Below, piece by piece: positions 1 to 11,900 of a DNA stretch of 64,000 nucleotides (its first letter is position 1; each line of letters begins with the position of its first letter). Location: the NCBI GenBank assembly GCA_010356995.1, contig ML996693.1, forward strand, positions 1,054,001 through 1,118,000. The letters run 5' to 3'. The DNA is from Trichodelitschia bisporula. Its lineage: Eukaryota. Position numbers and translations under genes: made by a program. The notes beneath the pieces were generated by a model. It was not told where the DNA came from and made no database searches. It worked only from the letters and a program-made list of their open reading frames with translations.

Positions 1-1
1 C

Positions 2-223
2 ACAGCAGCTAGCGTTGCGGACCCCTCCGCGACCGAAACGACGCATACGAACGGAGTTGGAGATCTTATTGCTTCAGGGCTCGGGATCGGGAGTGCGCCG
101 AGTACGACGGTTAGGCAGCCGAAGGCGACGGCGACGGGTGGTGTTGGGAAGGTGGGAGTGTGGTCGCTCTGGATGTGGGAGGTTGTTGCGGGGGCGTTGG
201 GGGTGGTTTGGGCTATTGCATAG
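2..223 (+). CDS. 3' end (partial) of a Ser/Thr-rich, probably GPI-anchored cell-surface protein
   Basis: Frame 2 is open from the window edge: TAASVADPSATETTHTNGVGDLIASGLGIGS...WEVVAGALGVVWAIA* (TAG 221-223). Hydrophobic C-terminal tail. It shares IASGLG and GVVWx(L/I)A* with the next gene. Not in the ORF track. Confidence 0.7.
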   Translation, partial: TAASVADPSATETTHTNGVGDLIASGLGIGSAPSTTVRQPKATATGGVGKVGVWSLWMWEVVAGALGVVWAIA

Positions 224-1529
224 TGCATCAGCATGATGATTGGATTTAGCGGGCGTTGCGTAATGACTGGCTTGTATGTTAGCCGAATGCTGTGGTACTC
301 ACTTTAGAGATCGTCGATACGATATTGGTTCATGTAAAGTATAGCCCATGGAAGGAAAGAGGCAAGACTCTGGTGATGAACACGACGATGAGCTGAAGTC
401 TCCAAATGAATGAATTATGGCATGTTCCGGCGCGGTTTGGGGATCTGGCTCGGATCTGGATTGGGGATATAACTCGTGTTTACCTCCTGGTTGATTGGGC
501 GAGTCTACGTATCTGCTAATTGTTTGGTGGTACAACCTCCCAGGAATTAAACAACCATGCCTCGAGCGGCCTCAAGTCCCAAATGCTCAGATACATCGCC
601 AGGACGCGATCTTGCAAGTCGAGAGCCGCAGAGCACACGCCGGCGAACGATGCTTCGATTGATTGTCTTCCGGCACCGGATCGCCTGGTGTCTACCGTAC
701 GGCTAGATCGATCGAGCAGTACGGCGATGCTTCCGCCAAGTAAGTACTCATACGGTACCGTAGTATCAAGAATAGCATCCGGGGCTGCGAATGATGATGG
801 TGTGAGGTGGTTGGGCATCGTGCCCTGTTCCCCACGGCCTACCGTCCAAGGGCCGGGTTGAAAAGTCGTGGCCACCCCTCCCATGGCTTTTTCTGAGTAG
901 AACGCAGTACCGACGGGGAGGGGACAGCCACGACTTTTTGGCCTCGCCCTTAATACCCTGCCAGGCATGGAGCTCGCCAAGGGTCTAGACTCTTGGCCAG
1001 TCCTCGGCGAGGAGCTTGCGAAGTCAATGTCAACAACATTCCCTCCGTCTTCCATCTCATCTAGTTACGGATGTACTAAGTGTTTTGACCTCATCAGGAT
1101 CAGACCTGCATTTACCCGTTATGCTGGTCTCATAACTAAGATTCTTGGTAGGATGGACTCCTCTCCGCGCATGTAGCCTCATGCAAGGGCGCCGCCCCGT
1201 CCAAACACCCCGGACATCCGCGCAAGGCTGCGGATGGGTTAAGCGATGATGGCTTTCAGCCGTGGCTCAAGTCGAAGTCGGTTGGACGAGATCGCGAGGG
1301 GTCTAGCCTCGTGGTTTGCGCCTTCACAAGCCACTTAATACTCAAGAGGGGCGGGGTATTGCACCATGTTCATCCGTATATGAAGATAGCCTTGCCGTGA
1401 AAGGGATGGCATTTAGGATTAATACTCTCCTGCAGAACTCTTGAGAACTGTCAAATTGCTGTGGGAAAACTGCGCTCGTTTTTATACCTTGATTTTGGCT
1501 GTCCTCCACGCTGCCCTCGCTTGTCCGAT

Positions 1530-2985
1530 ATGTTATCCTCCATTCTCGTCCCTACTCTCCTGGCTGGCACAGCCATTGCAGCATCCAGTTCGTGACTGAA
1601 TAGCAAAGGTGGATACGCATAAGTAACAAGTCTCCAGGTGGTTCTACCGCAGCAACCCTCGCATCCGGGTCCTGCTCAGCCAATTGTTACTACACTGCCA
1701 CAACCGCGTTATACCGATGGATCAGTCTCGACATAACGACAGAAATCGTCGCCGCAACAGTTGTCTACGTCGTCGACAGCAACGGGGCCACAAAAACGTC
1801 AACTAAATTCAATAATCTCCCGGCCGGGTACACGCTTCCAGATACCAACGCCGGCGGCACCAGGGTCACGACCATCACCTATACCACCGAATTCGGCAAA
1901 TCCGCTCAGAAGGTCTTGTAAGTGCCGTCCTCGGCGTCCACTCAACCCACATACTCACCCCGCCCAGAGCCTACCCCACCGGCTTCGACGCCTACCCCCA
2001 AGCATACACCTGGTCCGGCACCCTGCCCACGACCAACAGCGCCGGCAAATCCACCTGCTCAACCGCTAACCAAGCCCTCGTCCCATTTGCGCCATACCAA
2101 ACACCAGCCCAGACCGCAGCCTTCACCGTAGACTCAAAAGATCCCGGCGGCTCGCACTACACCCTCCTCGACCTCGGCTGCGAAAACTACGTACCAAAGG
2201 GCCTTCCAGACGGCGCCATAACACAATGTGGTACGCAGAGGACCTGCGAAATCAGCGCGCAGGGTACTGCGAAGTTTCTCACCGAAACGTCGACGTCGAA
2301 GGATAATTCGTCGCCGCCGCCGCCGTCTCCGGCGCCGGCTCCGCCTGCCAACCCGGCGCCTGTGAACAACAACCCGCCTCCCGCGAACCCGCCTCCCGCC
2401 AATCCTCCCCCCGCAAATCCACCTCCCGCCAACCCCCCCCCGGCAAATCCACCCGCCGCCAATCCACCATCGAACCCCGCGCCCCCCGCCAACCCTCCCG
2501 CGGTAACCCCCCCGTCCAACAACAGCCCGCCTCCCGCTAACCCGCCCAGCAACAATCCACCTCCGGCTCCAGTTCCAGTTCCGCAAGGCGGCTCGGGATC
2601 TGGGTCTGGATCTGGGTCGGGGGCTGGATCTGGATCTAGTTCGGGCGGCTCCGGATCGGGATCGGGATCGGGCTCGGGATCAGGTGGCTCGGGCTCAGGT
2701 GGCTCGGGTTCGGGTTCGGGTTCGGGTTCTGGGTCAGGTTCTGGCGGCTCGGGATCAGGTTCCGGTTCCGGCGGCTCCGGCTCCGGCGCCGGCTCGGTGG
2801 TTGTGGTAAACGGTGTCACGAGCGTAGTAACCGCAACCGGTCTCGGCGGCGCAATCGCCAGCGGGCTCGGGGGCCCTGGTGGAAAACCCGTCGAGCAAGT
2901 TTCGACCATGGGGGCGGCGAGGGAGGGTGCCCGGTTGGTGATGGCGGTAGTGGAGGTTGTTGGGGTTGTTTGGGTTCTCGCGTAA
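1530..2985 (+). CDS. Secreted, probably GPI-anchored cell-wall protein (~451 aa) with PPAN and Gly-Ser repeats; exons 1530-1587, 1638-1917, 1968-2985
   Basis: ATG 1530 gives a signal peptide MLSSILVPTLLAGTAIAA. Two 50-nt introns (GTTCGT..CAG 1588-1637; GTAAGT..CTCAC..CAG 1918-1967) join the exons in frame. Then a Thr/Cys-containing N-domain, (NPPPA)n, (GS)n and a hydrophobic C-terminus. Confidence 0.8.
2370..2790 (+). repeat. Coding tandem repeats: 15-bp NPPPA units followed by GGNTCN (Gly-Ser) units
   Basis: aacccgcctcccgcg-type units at 2371-2565; ggctcg/ggttcg/ggatcg units at 2590-2790. Confidence 0.9.
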
Positions 2986-3584
2986 CGGGTAATGGGCGCT
3001 GGGTTTAGGTTTTGGGTAGCGGGTAGCGGGTTGTGGGTTGTGGGTTCTGGGTATCGGGCGGGGGGCGGGATTTAGGGTTAGGATTCGGTCTTTACGATGA
3101 ATGATTTGTACGAGTTTTGGACTGGGCTGGGGGAGTTGGGGCTGTGGGTAAGGGTTACCCACGAGATGACTACGTCTGGTTCGTTTTTAATTGCTAGTTT
3201 TAAAACCCTTTCCTTTAGGAATCATATGTAGGCATAGCCTCGAGATCGTTCCTTGAACATGTGTGTCCCTCCGCAGTGTCAGCCATAGAGTAATGGGGGC
3301 AAAGACCCAAGGATGAAGACGGTGCAAGATACCAAACTTTGCCTGCGGAGCGCGGGTCTTGGAGGCGAGGCAGGAAGGTTGGAGTCGGGGTATGTACGGG
3401 GTGTGCAGCGGAAGGTACGACGGGTCCTTCTGTGAAAAGACAGGTTTCTAAAGCGTACCTGCCTCCAGAACCACCACCTGTCTCCAGAATTGCACCTGCC
3501 TCCAGGATCCAGCGAGGACGTGGCCTCTTCCCACCTATATCCCTCTCCATCTCTCGCACATCACACTGCAAACCACCACCACTC

Positions 3585-3770
3585 ACCACTCAAACCACCA
3601 CTCAAACCACCACTCAAACCACCACTCAANNNNNNNNNNNNNNNNNNNNNNNNNNNNNNNNNNNNNNNNNNNNNNNNNNNNNNNNNNNNNNNNNNNNNNN
3701 NNNNNNNNNCACCACTCAAACCACCACTCAAATCACCACTCAAACCACCACTCAAACCACCACTCAAACC
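3585..3770 (+). repeat. 12-bp minisatellite (ACCACCACTCAA)n spanning an assembly gap (N run 3630-3709)
   Basis: Identical 12-mers on both sides of the N run. Confidence 0.9.
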
Positions 3771-3836
3771 ATCACCACTCCTTCACCTATCAATCACCGT
3801 CTGACATTGACTCGCAACCTAAGAAGCACCAGCAAA

Positions 3837-5387
3837 ATGGAGCCACCACCCAACCCCCAACATGCTCGCCGACGTGAACTTCTGCAACGCATTCACCGGA
3901 AATTGGCCGCCGAAAACAAGCCACTCGACACGCAGACACTCTGGGCCTTCCTGCTCTTCGCAGACCTCAACTGTGTTGAGTTCATGGCATGGTTAGCTGA
4001 CTTTAACGTCATGTTCTTCATCTTATCCGTTGTCGGGATCGAGATGACTAAGACGCTTTGTAATATTTTGCTTCTTTCCGTTCTTGCCATCTATTAACGT
4101 CGTCTAGGGCTCCAAAAGGCCTCAGGTGCATCAACTGGTAGCTGGTCCGTTGACGAATTGCCACTTGACCCCAACCAAGCTACGCCGAGCTCTCTTCGCG
4201 GGAAGAAGAGGATTGTCTCTGAGCAGATCGTGTCTCCCTCCAGGCCGACCATGTCTCCCTCTAGGCAGTTTGTATCTGCCTCTGGGTCTGAACAGATTGT
4301 GGCTTCTGAACCTACTGTATCCTCTGGCTATATCACATCCCCGTCTGGCCTTGTCGTGTCTTCCGGGGGGCATATCGTATTTAGCTCTGGGCGGGTCCTT
4401 ACGCAGTCTGGGCAGATGCTGTCTCCTTCTGGGCAGATTATATCTCCCTCTGAGCAGGGAGTGTCTTTCCCTAAAGAGATGGTGTCTCCCTCTGGCCATA
4501 TCGTGTCCCCCTCTGGCCATATCGTGTCTTCCGCGGGGCATATTGTATATTCCTCTGGGTAGGTCGTTACACTCTCTGGGCAGATTATATCTCCCTCTGA
4601 ACAGAGGGTGCCTCCCCCTAAGTCTCGCCCAACCCCCCGGAGTCAGAAGGCGGCGGACTTGGTATGAAATTTCTATCTGTATGCCCATTTTCCTATGCTA
4701 ACTCAATGAGAGGCCCACGAGCGTGACGGCAGAAAGTGCATTCTCACCGGCTCCCCAGTGACAGATGTGGCTCACATCATTCCTCATTGCATCCTAAAGC
4801 ATGGGGCCTATGCAAACACGCGAAACACTCAGTTCTGGAGCACCCTTTACATGTTCTTCAAGAAGGAGAAGGTCGAAAAGTGGATGGAGGCTCTCTATCC
4901 GACTGAAGGGAGACCCGGAAAAGTCTCCGTCGACAACTTGTTGACGCTTGCAACAGACGTTCATAGGATGTGGGACGAATCTGCCATCGCGCTGAAGCCG
5001 ATTCGTTCCACGGAAGTCGAGCTGGAGCTGGAGCTCCACGTTCTGCCTCGTATGGCCCGCAAGGCCGGGTTAAGTCTGACCACAGTCCTCGAGAGCTCGG
5101 AGGGCCGTATCGAGATCGACATGCGCCAGCGCGCTGAAGGGCCACCGGAGGTCCAGTATGTCTTCAACCGCGTCAGTAAACGCAACATGCGCACCGGCGA
5201 TCGAGTTGTCACAACGGACGACCCGAAGCTGAAGCCTCTGCCACGGTTCGAATTGATGGAACTACAATGGGTGCTGCATCGTGTCACTGCACGGTTCGCG
5301 GCGGCGGAGGAATTCGACTCGGAGGATACCTCAGACGAGCTCGCGGAGGACGACGCCACCGTAGATGGAACTGAAGATCGATACTGA
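3837..5387 (+). pseudogene. HNH endonuclease-domain (HNH_2-type) gene with an in-frame TAG at 4560-4562; exons 3837-4059, 4108-4661, 4713-5387
   Basis: Spliced reading gives RSQKAADL|AHERDGRKCILTGSPVTDVAHIIPH...NLLTLATDVHRMWDE, the fungal HNH motif, and C-terminal TTDDPKLKPLPRFELMELQWVLHRV. Introns GTAATA..TAG (4060-4107) and GTATGA..CTAAC..AG (4662-4712) keep frame. Exon 2 contains a premature stop. Confidence 0.7.
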
Positions 5388-5575
5388 CTCGTGCTTTTCA
5401 GGGTAAAGCGAGAGGCGATAAAGAAGTGAACTCTCCCCGTATCGTTCACGTTGAAAATAAGTTCACGGGACAAGGCCAATCCGCATACCAGGTACGAGGA
5501 ACGCACCAGCGGTAAGTATAGCAATGCATTCAAAACCACCTCCATGTATATTGTACATCCAAACTCACATCCCCC

Positions 5576-7307
5576 TCACAGCTTCGCCTTAACCCCTTCC
5601 TTCTTCGCACGCTCCTTGAGAATCCGTCTCAAGATCTTCCCACTCGCACTCTTCGGAATCTCATCCACAAACACCACGCCGCCCCTAAGCCTCTTATGAT
5701 GCGCAACCTGCTGCGAAAGCCACTCCACAATCTCCTCCCCAGCCTCCGAAGTCTTCGCTCCATCCGCCGCAGCAACGACATACGCGCGCGGGACTTCGGT
5801 GTGATTCACCGTATCCATAACGCCGATGACAGCGACATCCGCCACATTCGGATGAGCCAACAACTTCCCCTCCAGTTCCGCGGGCGCAACCTGGAAACCC
5901 TTGTACTTGATAAGCTCCTTCAGCCGATCCGTGATATAGAAGTTATGCTGATCGTCCGCGAAGCCCACGTCGCCCGTTTTGAAATACCCGTCCTCCGTGA
6001 TAGATGCGGCGGTCGCGGTGGGGTTTTTCCAATATCCCTTAAACACGTTCGGACCCGAGAGCCACAGCTCACCGGGCTGGCCGGGCGCAGCTTCGGTCCC
6101 GTCCTCGGAGATGTATTTGGCCGTCATGTTGGGGACGAGCTTGCCGACGGAGCCGAGGGCGGTGAGCCATTCGTCCCAGGGCTAGGGGCATTAGCATAAT
6201 GACCAAAAGGCGGGTAAGTACGAACCTGGATGTGCGTCGTGGGACTCGTCTCGCTGAGACCATACGCCTGCGTGATCTTAATCCCAAACTTCTTATGAAT
6301 AGCATGGACAAGTTCCCCCGTCAGCGGCGCCGCCCCGCTTGTGATATTCAGCAAAGAGCTCAAATCATACTTCTCCGCCTCCGGGTCCCGCGCCAGACGC
6401 ACAATCACCGGCGGCGCGACGTACACCATCGTAATCCTGTGCTCTTGAATCGCCTTCAGGAAAGTCTTCATCTCAAACGCCGGCATGACGACGGCCTCGA
6501 ACCCGCGGTGCAGCATCTGGTGCACAATCGTCGTCAGCGCATAGATGTGGTAAAACGGCAGTATGGCCAGATACTTGTCGCGCCCGTACACGTAGCACCC
6601 CCCGCCCTCGTTCTGCAGCACCACGGACACCATGTTCCGGTGGCTCAGCATCACGCCCTTCGGCAGCCCGGTCGTGCCGGATGAGTACACTAGGAACGCG
6701 AGGTCTTTGTCGGGATTCGCCTTCCGTCGGCGGTAATAGCTCGAGCGGGACAGGTTCACGATCTGCGTCCAGTGTTTCACCCTCCGCTGCTCGTCTTTCT
6801 CGCCCAGGACGAGCACCCGGTTGGTTGGGATGCCGCATTTCGCCGCCGCTTTGAGAGCAGTATCGAGATACGCGACCGTCGTAACCAATGCTTTGGCCTC
6901 TGCGTCCTTAAGCTGGAACGCAAGCTCCTCAGCCGAGTAAGCGGGATTGGCAGGCGTGACAATGCCTCCGGCCCACAGGGTGCCGTAGATGATGGCCGGG
7001 ACGTCGATATCGTTCGGCGTGTAGAGCGCGAGCACTTCGTTCTTCGCCCAGTCCCATTCAGAGCGCAGGCCAGTGCCGAAGGTTATGGCGGCCTTGCGGA
7101 CGTCGGCAAAGGTGTAGACTCGAGTATCGGGCTTGTGCACATCGCGGAAGACGACTGCGAGAAGGGATTAGCTAAGGGGGGAAGTGGTGGTGGGGAGGGT
7201 GCAGTACCCTGCGAATCGGGAAAGGGCCGGTTTTTGCGCTCGAAGATAAAGCCCCACAGGTCGACGTCGGGAATGTCGATGTCGGGGTAGGGGGATTTGG
7301 TTGGCAT
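5576..7307 (-). CDS. AMP-binding acyl-CoA synthetase (4-coumarate/phenylacetate-CoA ligase-like), peroxisomal; introns 7155-7207 and 6182-6225
   Basis: YSSGTTGLPKG P-loop, YGLSET, TGDVG, DRLKELIKYKGFQVAPAELE, PKSASGKILR; C-terminal AKL (PTS1); start MPTKSPYPDIDIP. Confidence 0.93.
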
Positions 7308-8955
7308 GTTGGGTCTCTGGTGGTGCAGTCTATGAAGCTCACGGTCGCTCGCCTCGAAAAGTGGGAAAGCGGGCAATGCGCCGTTATATACACTCCGCTA
7401 ACCTTACGTACATCGCGCAGTGCTTCCGCGCCTCCTCGCTCACCGATCTCGCAAGTCCCGCGCTTTCACGCCCGAGGCCAATCCGCTGGACCTAGCTAAC
7501 GAGGTCATGGCTTGCGTTCTCTTACCGAGTTTACGGATGTACAGGAGGTGCGGCTTGGCGGTGAAAGGAAACGAGGGCGTTTAAGGAGTTTCTGAGGAAT
7601 CGGCCCACTGGTAGGGAGAGTACAGACTGCTAAATCGCCGTCATGACCGTGAAATCTTGCCTCGTCAGGACTAGCTGTCAGATCAAAAGCCTCTACGGAT
7701 GTAAGCGTGGTACAACCAGTCAGGTGGGCAGCCGACGTCAGCGCCCCAGCCATCGACTAGCCGCGAACTTGGGCCCCGTTATCCCCGCGCCGAACACCCC
7801 GCACTATCCCCGGGCGGGATAGGCGCGGGGCGAACCACGGCATTCGTCCAACCACGAAGCGGGGTGATGTGGGGAATGGGGAACGGGAGATCCTGGGGAT
7901 TGGAAGACGGGTGGCGGGGATATCGGGGAGGAACCGGGAGAGTAATTGGACGCAGTCAGACCGAGGATGAAGTGAAAGCTGACGGCGTACGTCTGCTGTG
8001 AGCGTCCCCCTCCGGGCGTGGCTGGTGCTGATCCCGACGGCAAGCCGAAGGCGACGCGTGCCGTTGCGCGGGCTGCAAGACTGGACCTGATGCAAGATTA
8101 CTTTTGGCGCGACTGTGCCGACTGCTCGGTGTGCTGGTGCGACGCCCGATTTTACGCTAACCGTTGTGAAGAGTAATCTGGGCACTCGGAGTTGCACTTC
8201 GGACATATGCAGCATCAGTTCGTGATGATATCTCGGCTACGATTTGAAGAATCCACTGCGCCTTTTGAGACTGTTGAGAGCATGCCATACTCGAAGAGCT
8301 GACAACATCAGCAAGTCTCACAGATCCCAAAGTCACATAGTCATAAATGACAACCACGAAAGAATCATGCACACGTCAACAAAGCCTCAATATCTCCTGG
8401 CCTAGCTAACTACGCGCGCGGACCGTCCCTCCATCCATCCCGCACAGTAAAAGCTTGAAAAAACGCCCATTGTACCCCGGACAACGATCCTCCCATCGCC
8501 CAAGGCGCCATCGTCCCTCTGCGGGTACAAAAATCCCGTGTACAAGTAAGATAGTAACAAGTTAAGGTCCAGCAAACACACTGATCACACACGCCCAAAC
8601 CCCCAGCAAACCATCATGGTAGCAAAAAAAGTCAAGACACAAGAATCGAACGTAGAAAAAGAGAGAAAACACATCCGGAATCTCATCTTGGCGCCGCCCA
8701 TATCCCATTCGATTTACACAAAGCAAAGATCAGGAAAAGCAAAGGTCCCTAATTGCGCCCAAGATGAAGTCGCCTGATTCCCCATTATCGGTGACATGGT
8801 GGTGCCCAACCAAGTCGAGCCAGGCGGCGAAAAAGATGGCGACGTGAGGTCATGTAACGTCAACGGCATGGCGGGTGTACGCATATCGAAAGAAACAGAA
8901 AGGGGGTATGAAGCATCGAAAGCAGAGTAAATACAGACAAAGCAAACGCGTTGGC

Positions 8956-11900
8956 CTAGAAGCAGTTAATGCTGCTCTTCTTCTTCTTTTGTTTGGACAG
9001 CTGCGCCATGCGCTGCTCCAGCTCCTGCCGCTGCGCTTCGATGCGCTTCCGCGCGTTGCGCTCTTCCTCGAGTTGCTGGACCGAGAGCCGGCTCGACTGG
9101 CGCTCCTTCTTCATCTGCTGGACTTCTTCTTCTAGCTGCGCGCACTTGCGGCGCCAGCCCTCCATGTCGCTCTTGAGTTTCGTGCTCGAAGCCTCGAGGT
9201 CTGTTAGCGCTTCTTCCAGTGTGGCGGTAAGCTGCTTCTCCGCGAAGAGATGCTTTTCGATCGTCCGTAGGCGCGCTTCCTGGTCTTCCGCTAGTTGCGA
9301 GGCAACCATGTCCTTGCTCTGGTGGCGCGAGGCCGGCGGCGAAGCTGCATTCGCGGCCGCATTCGGGCCAGGAAGGGGCGGCAGCGGGATGGCGGGCGGA
9401 GGCGAGGGCAAGGAAGCGGCTGAGACGCTCTTGCGCAGGTTGTTATTGGAGTTGCCGGAATTCGACCGCTGCAGGTCGCCGTTGGCGTCACGCGGATCGA
9501 GGGACTCGCGGTGCGATCGCCGCTTGGCCTCAGTGAGTTGAGTCTTTTGGGAGTTAGTTACGAAAAACTTGTACGAAAACCACACCGTTTGGCTTACCTC
9601 AAGCGTAGCGATGCGGGCACGCGCGTCCTCGAGCTGACCCACGACCTCCTCGAGCTGGACCTGGCGTTCTGTCTGCAGGGCGGAGAGGCGGTTGTTCGCG
9701 GCCTGAGTCTGATCGTAGTTGGAATTGAGTTGATCTTCCAGCTCTTCCACGAGACGAGAGCTCTTCTTCTCCTTCTCGCCGAGGACTTCTAGCTCCTTCA
9801 TCATCTCATCGTTGATGCTTTTGAGCTCAGCCATCTTGCGCTCGAAATCGGCAGTGCGGGCACGTGAGTCTTCGAGCTCCTGGCGCACGCTCTGCAGCTC
9901 GTTCGTAGCCGTCTCGTGGAGAGCGCCAATGTCCTTGCGAGCGTTGACGAGCGTTTGGATGTGGGCAGTAAGGTTGGCGGCCGTCGTAGGCTTGTTGAGG
10001 ACCATGCCGGCCGTCTCAATCAGCTCCGTCAGCTCTCCCTGTACCTTGGCGACCTGTGCATTGAAGGCGGATGTAGCTTCCATGCTAGCGGCCTGCACTT
10101 GCTCAAGCTGTTTCTGCAGGGCAGCAGTTTCCTCCTGGTGCTCGGCTATCAGGGCAGTGAGCTTCTTGTCAGAGTCGGACTCCGCAGCCTTGAGCGCCTC
10201 GTTCAGCTGAGCAATTTCCTCAACATGCGACTCTTTCAGGGCATCAAGAGCCTGCTGGTGGGTTTGCACTGCATTCTTGTGTTCGTCAATTTGCCGCTCG
10301 AGGTTCGAAACAAGCTGGCGATGGGTGAGTAGCTCCTGCTCGGTGAGTTCATGCTGTTGCTGGTCTTCCTCAACTTGAGCCAGAATCTTGTTGTAAGACT
10401 GCTCAAGCTCGGCAAGGCGCTCAGCACGCGCAGCAGCCGTGCTCTTGTGCTCACCGATCTCCTGCTGCAGCGTCTGAATGGATTCCTCATACCGCTTCTT
10501 CTCGGGCGCAAAGATCTCAACAGCGCGATCCTCAGGCGACGTCGAGCGAGACGTATTCGACTGCTCCTCAGCCGTCTTGAGCGCTGATTCGAGGCCGTTG
10601 ATCTGTTCCAGAAGGTGCTGCTCAGATGTCTTCATAGTCTCAATCGCGGAGTCGTGCTTGCTGCGCCAGTCCGCGACCTCCTTCTGCAACTGATCAAGCT
10701 GGCGTTGATGCTCTACGGCAGGCACAACTTCTCCCAACGCCTTGGTCCCAGATTCAGAGGCAGGCGTCTCCGGGAAGTGACCAGGGATAGACTTCTCTAG
10801 CATGGGCGTGGTACTCGTACTCAGCGAGGCCTTGAGGCTATCGATTTGTTCGAGCAGTTCGCGCTCGCGGCTGGCATGTGCTTCGGAGAGAACGCGAATC
10901 TTGTTCTCGCTCTCAAGGAGTTGGTCATGCATCGACGAAATCGCAGTGATATCTAGCGGTGACGAGACCTTCAAGCTGGTACGCTCGCGAGTGAGGCCAG
11001 AAATGATGGTCATCTTCGACTCCATCTCCTTGCGCATCGACGCGACTTCAGCCTCTAGAGCAGTAACACGTTCAGTCCGCATGTTGAGCTCATTCATGGC
11101 GGCATTGAGGTTGACGTCAAAGCTCTGGATCTTGTCAGGATCGCCCTCAAAATGCTCTACGACAAAGTTGCGCAGAGAGGCAAATGATCGAGCGGCGCGA
11201 TTGTCGGCTGATGCCAGCATCTGGCTGGACTTGCGGCGGAGAACCGAAGGGCTCGGGGAAGCGCGTCCGGACATTTGAGCCTTCTGCACTTCCGCCTTGA
11301 GTTCCTCAACGTAGTCAAGGGTGTCGCGGTGCTGCTCTTGCAGCTCGGCATAGTTCTCCGAAAGTTCAGCAATGCGCTCTTCCTTCTCAGCTGCCAACTT
11401 CTTGAGCTTCTCCATCTCTTGCGAGAGCAGATCTGCATGCGGCAATGCAGCCAGCTCGGCGAGCTCCGGAGCCTCAGTTTCCGCCTCCTCAGCTGCCGTA
11501 TCCAGGATAGAGTTGGGCGATTCGCCAAGCGACGAAAGCTCCGAGGACAAGGTACGCGAGTAGGAAGGCTTGCCACCGTTCACCTGCACGGATGCTATAG
11601 CCTCCTCCGCTAAAAAAGACGTCGGGCGCGAATCATCCAAGATGCGGGACCCACGGCGTGCTTGCTCCACAGTGTCTTGGAGTTCAGCAAGGGTCTGCAG
11701 AGCGACTTGATATTTGCGCTGGAGCTCATCGTAATCGGTAACAGTCGCGTCATGCTCCATCCGCAGTTCGAAGAGCTCATGAGTAACGGTCTCCAGCTTG
11801 TCGGCGACGAAGCGCGACTGGGCGGGGCTCGTAGGCTCGTGGTCGTCCTCAACATGCAGGCCAGAAGTGGCGATGTTGGCGGGGGTGTGGGTCTCGAGGT

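Noticed and set aside
516..1055. 179-aa minus-strand ORF
   Set aside because: No recognisable motif or convincing gene structure; cannot be supported
2187..2909. 240-aa minus-strand ORF with PE/PD and GGLAG repeats
   Set aside because: Antisense shadow of the repeat-rich plus-strand GPI protein, which has a signal peptide and proper introns
3070..3085. TTAGGGTTAGG as an interstitial telomere or alternative TER template
   Set aside because: Fewer than two repeats, inside a G-rich 3' UTR, with no boundary hairpin, Sm site or terminal intron
3339..3836. TTQT/PPLK repeat ORFs
   Set aside because: Translation of the 12-bp minisatellite across an N gap; the credible start is ATG 3837
5576..7307. 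Acyl-CoA ligase as part of a secondary-metabolite cluster
   Set aside because: No PKS, NRPS, terpene synthase or tailoring genes nearby; the neighbours are unrelated genes (kinesin-4, HNH pseudogene)
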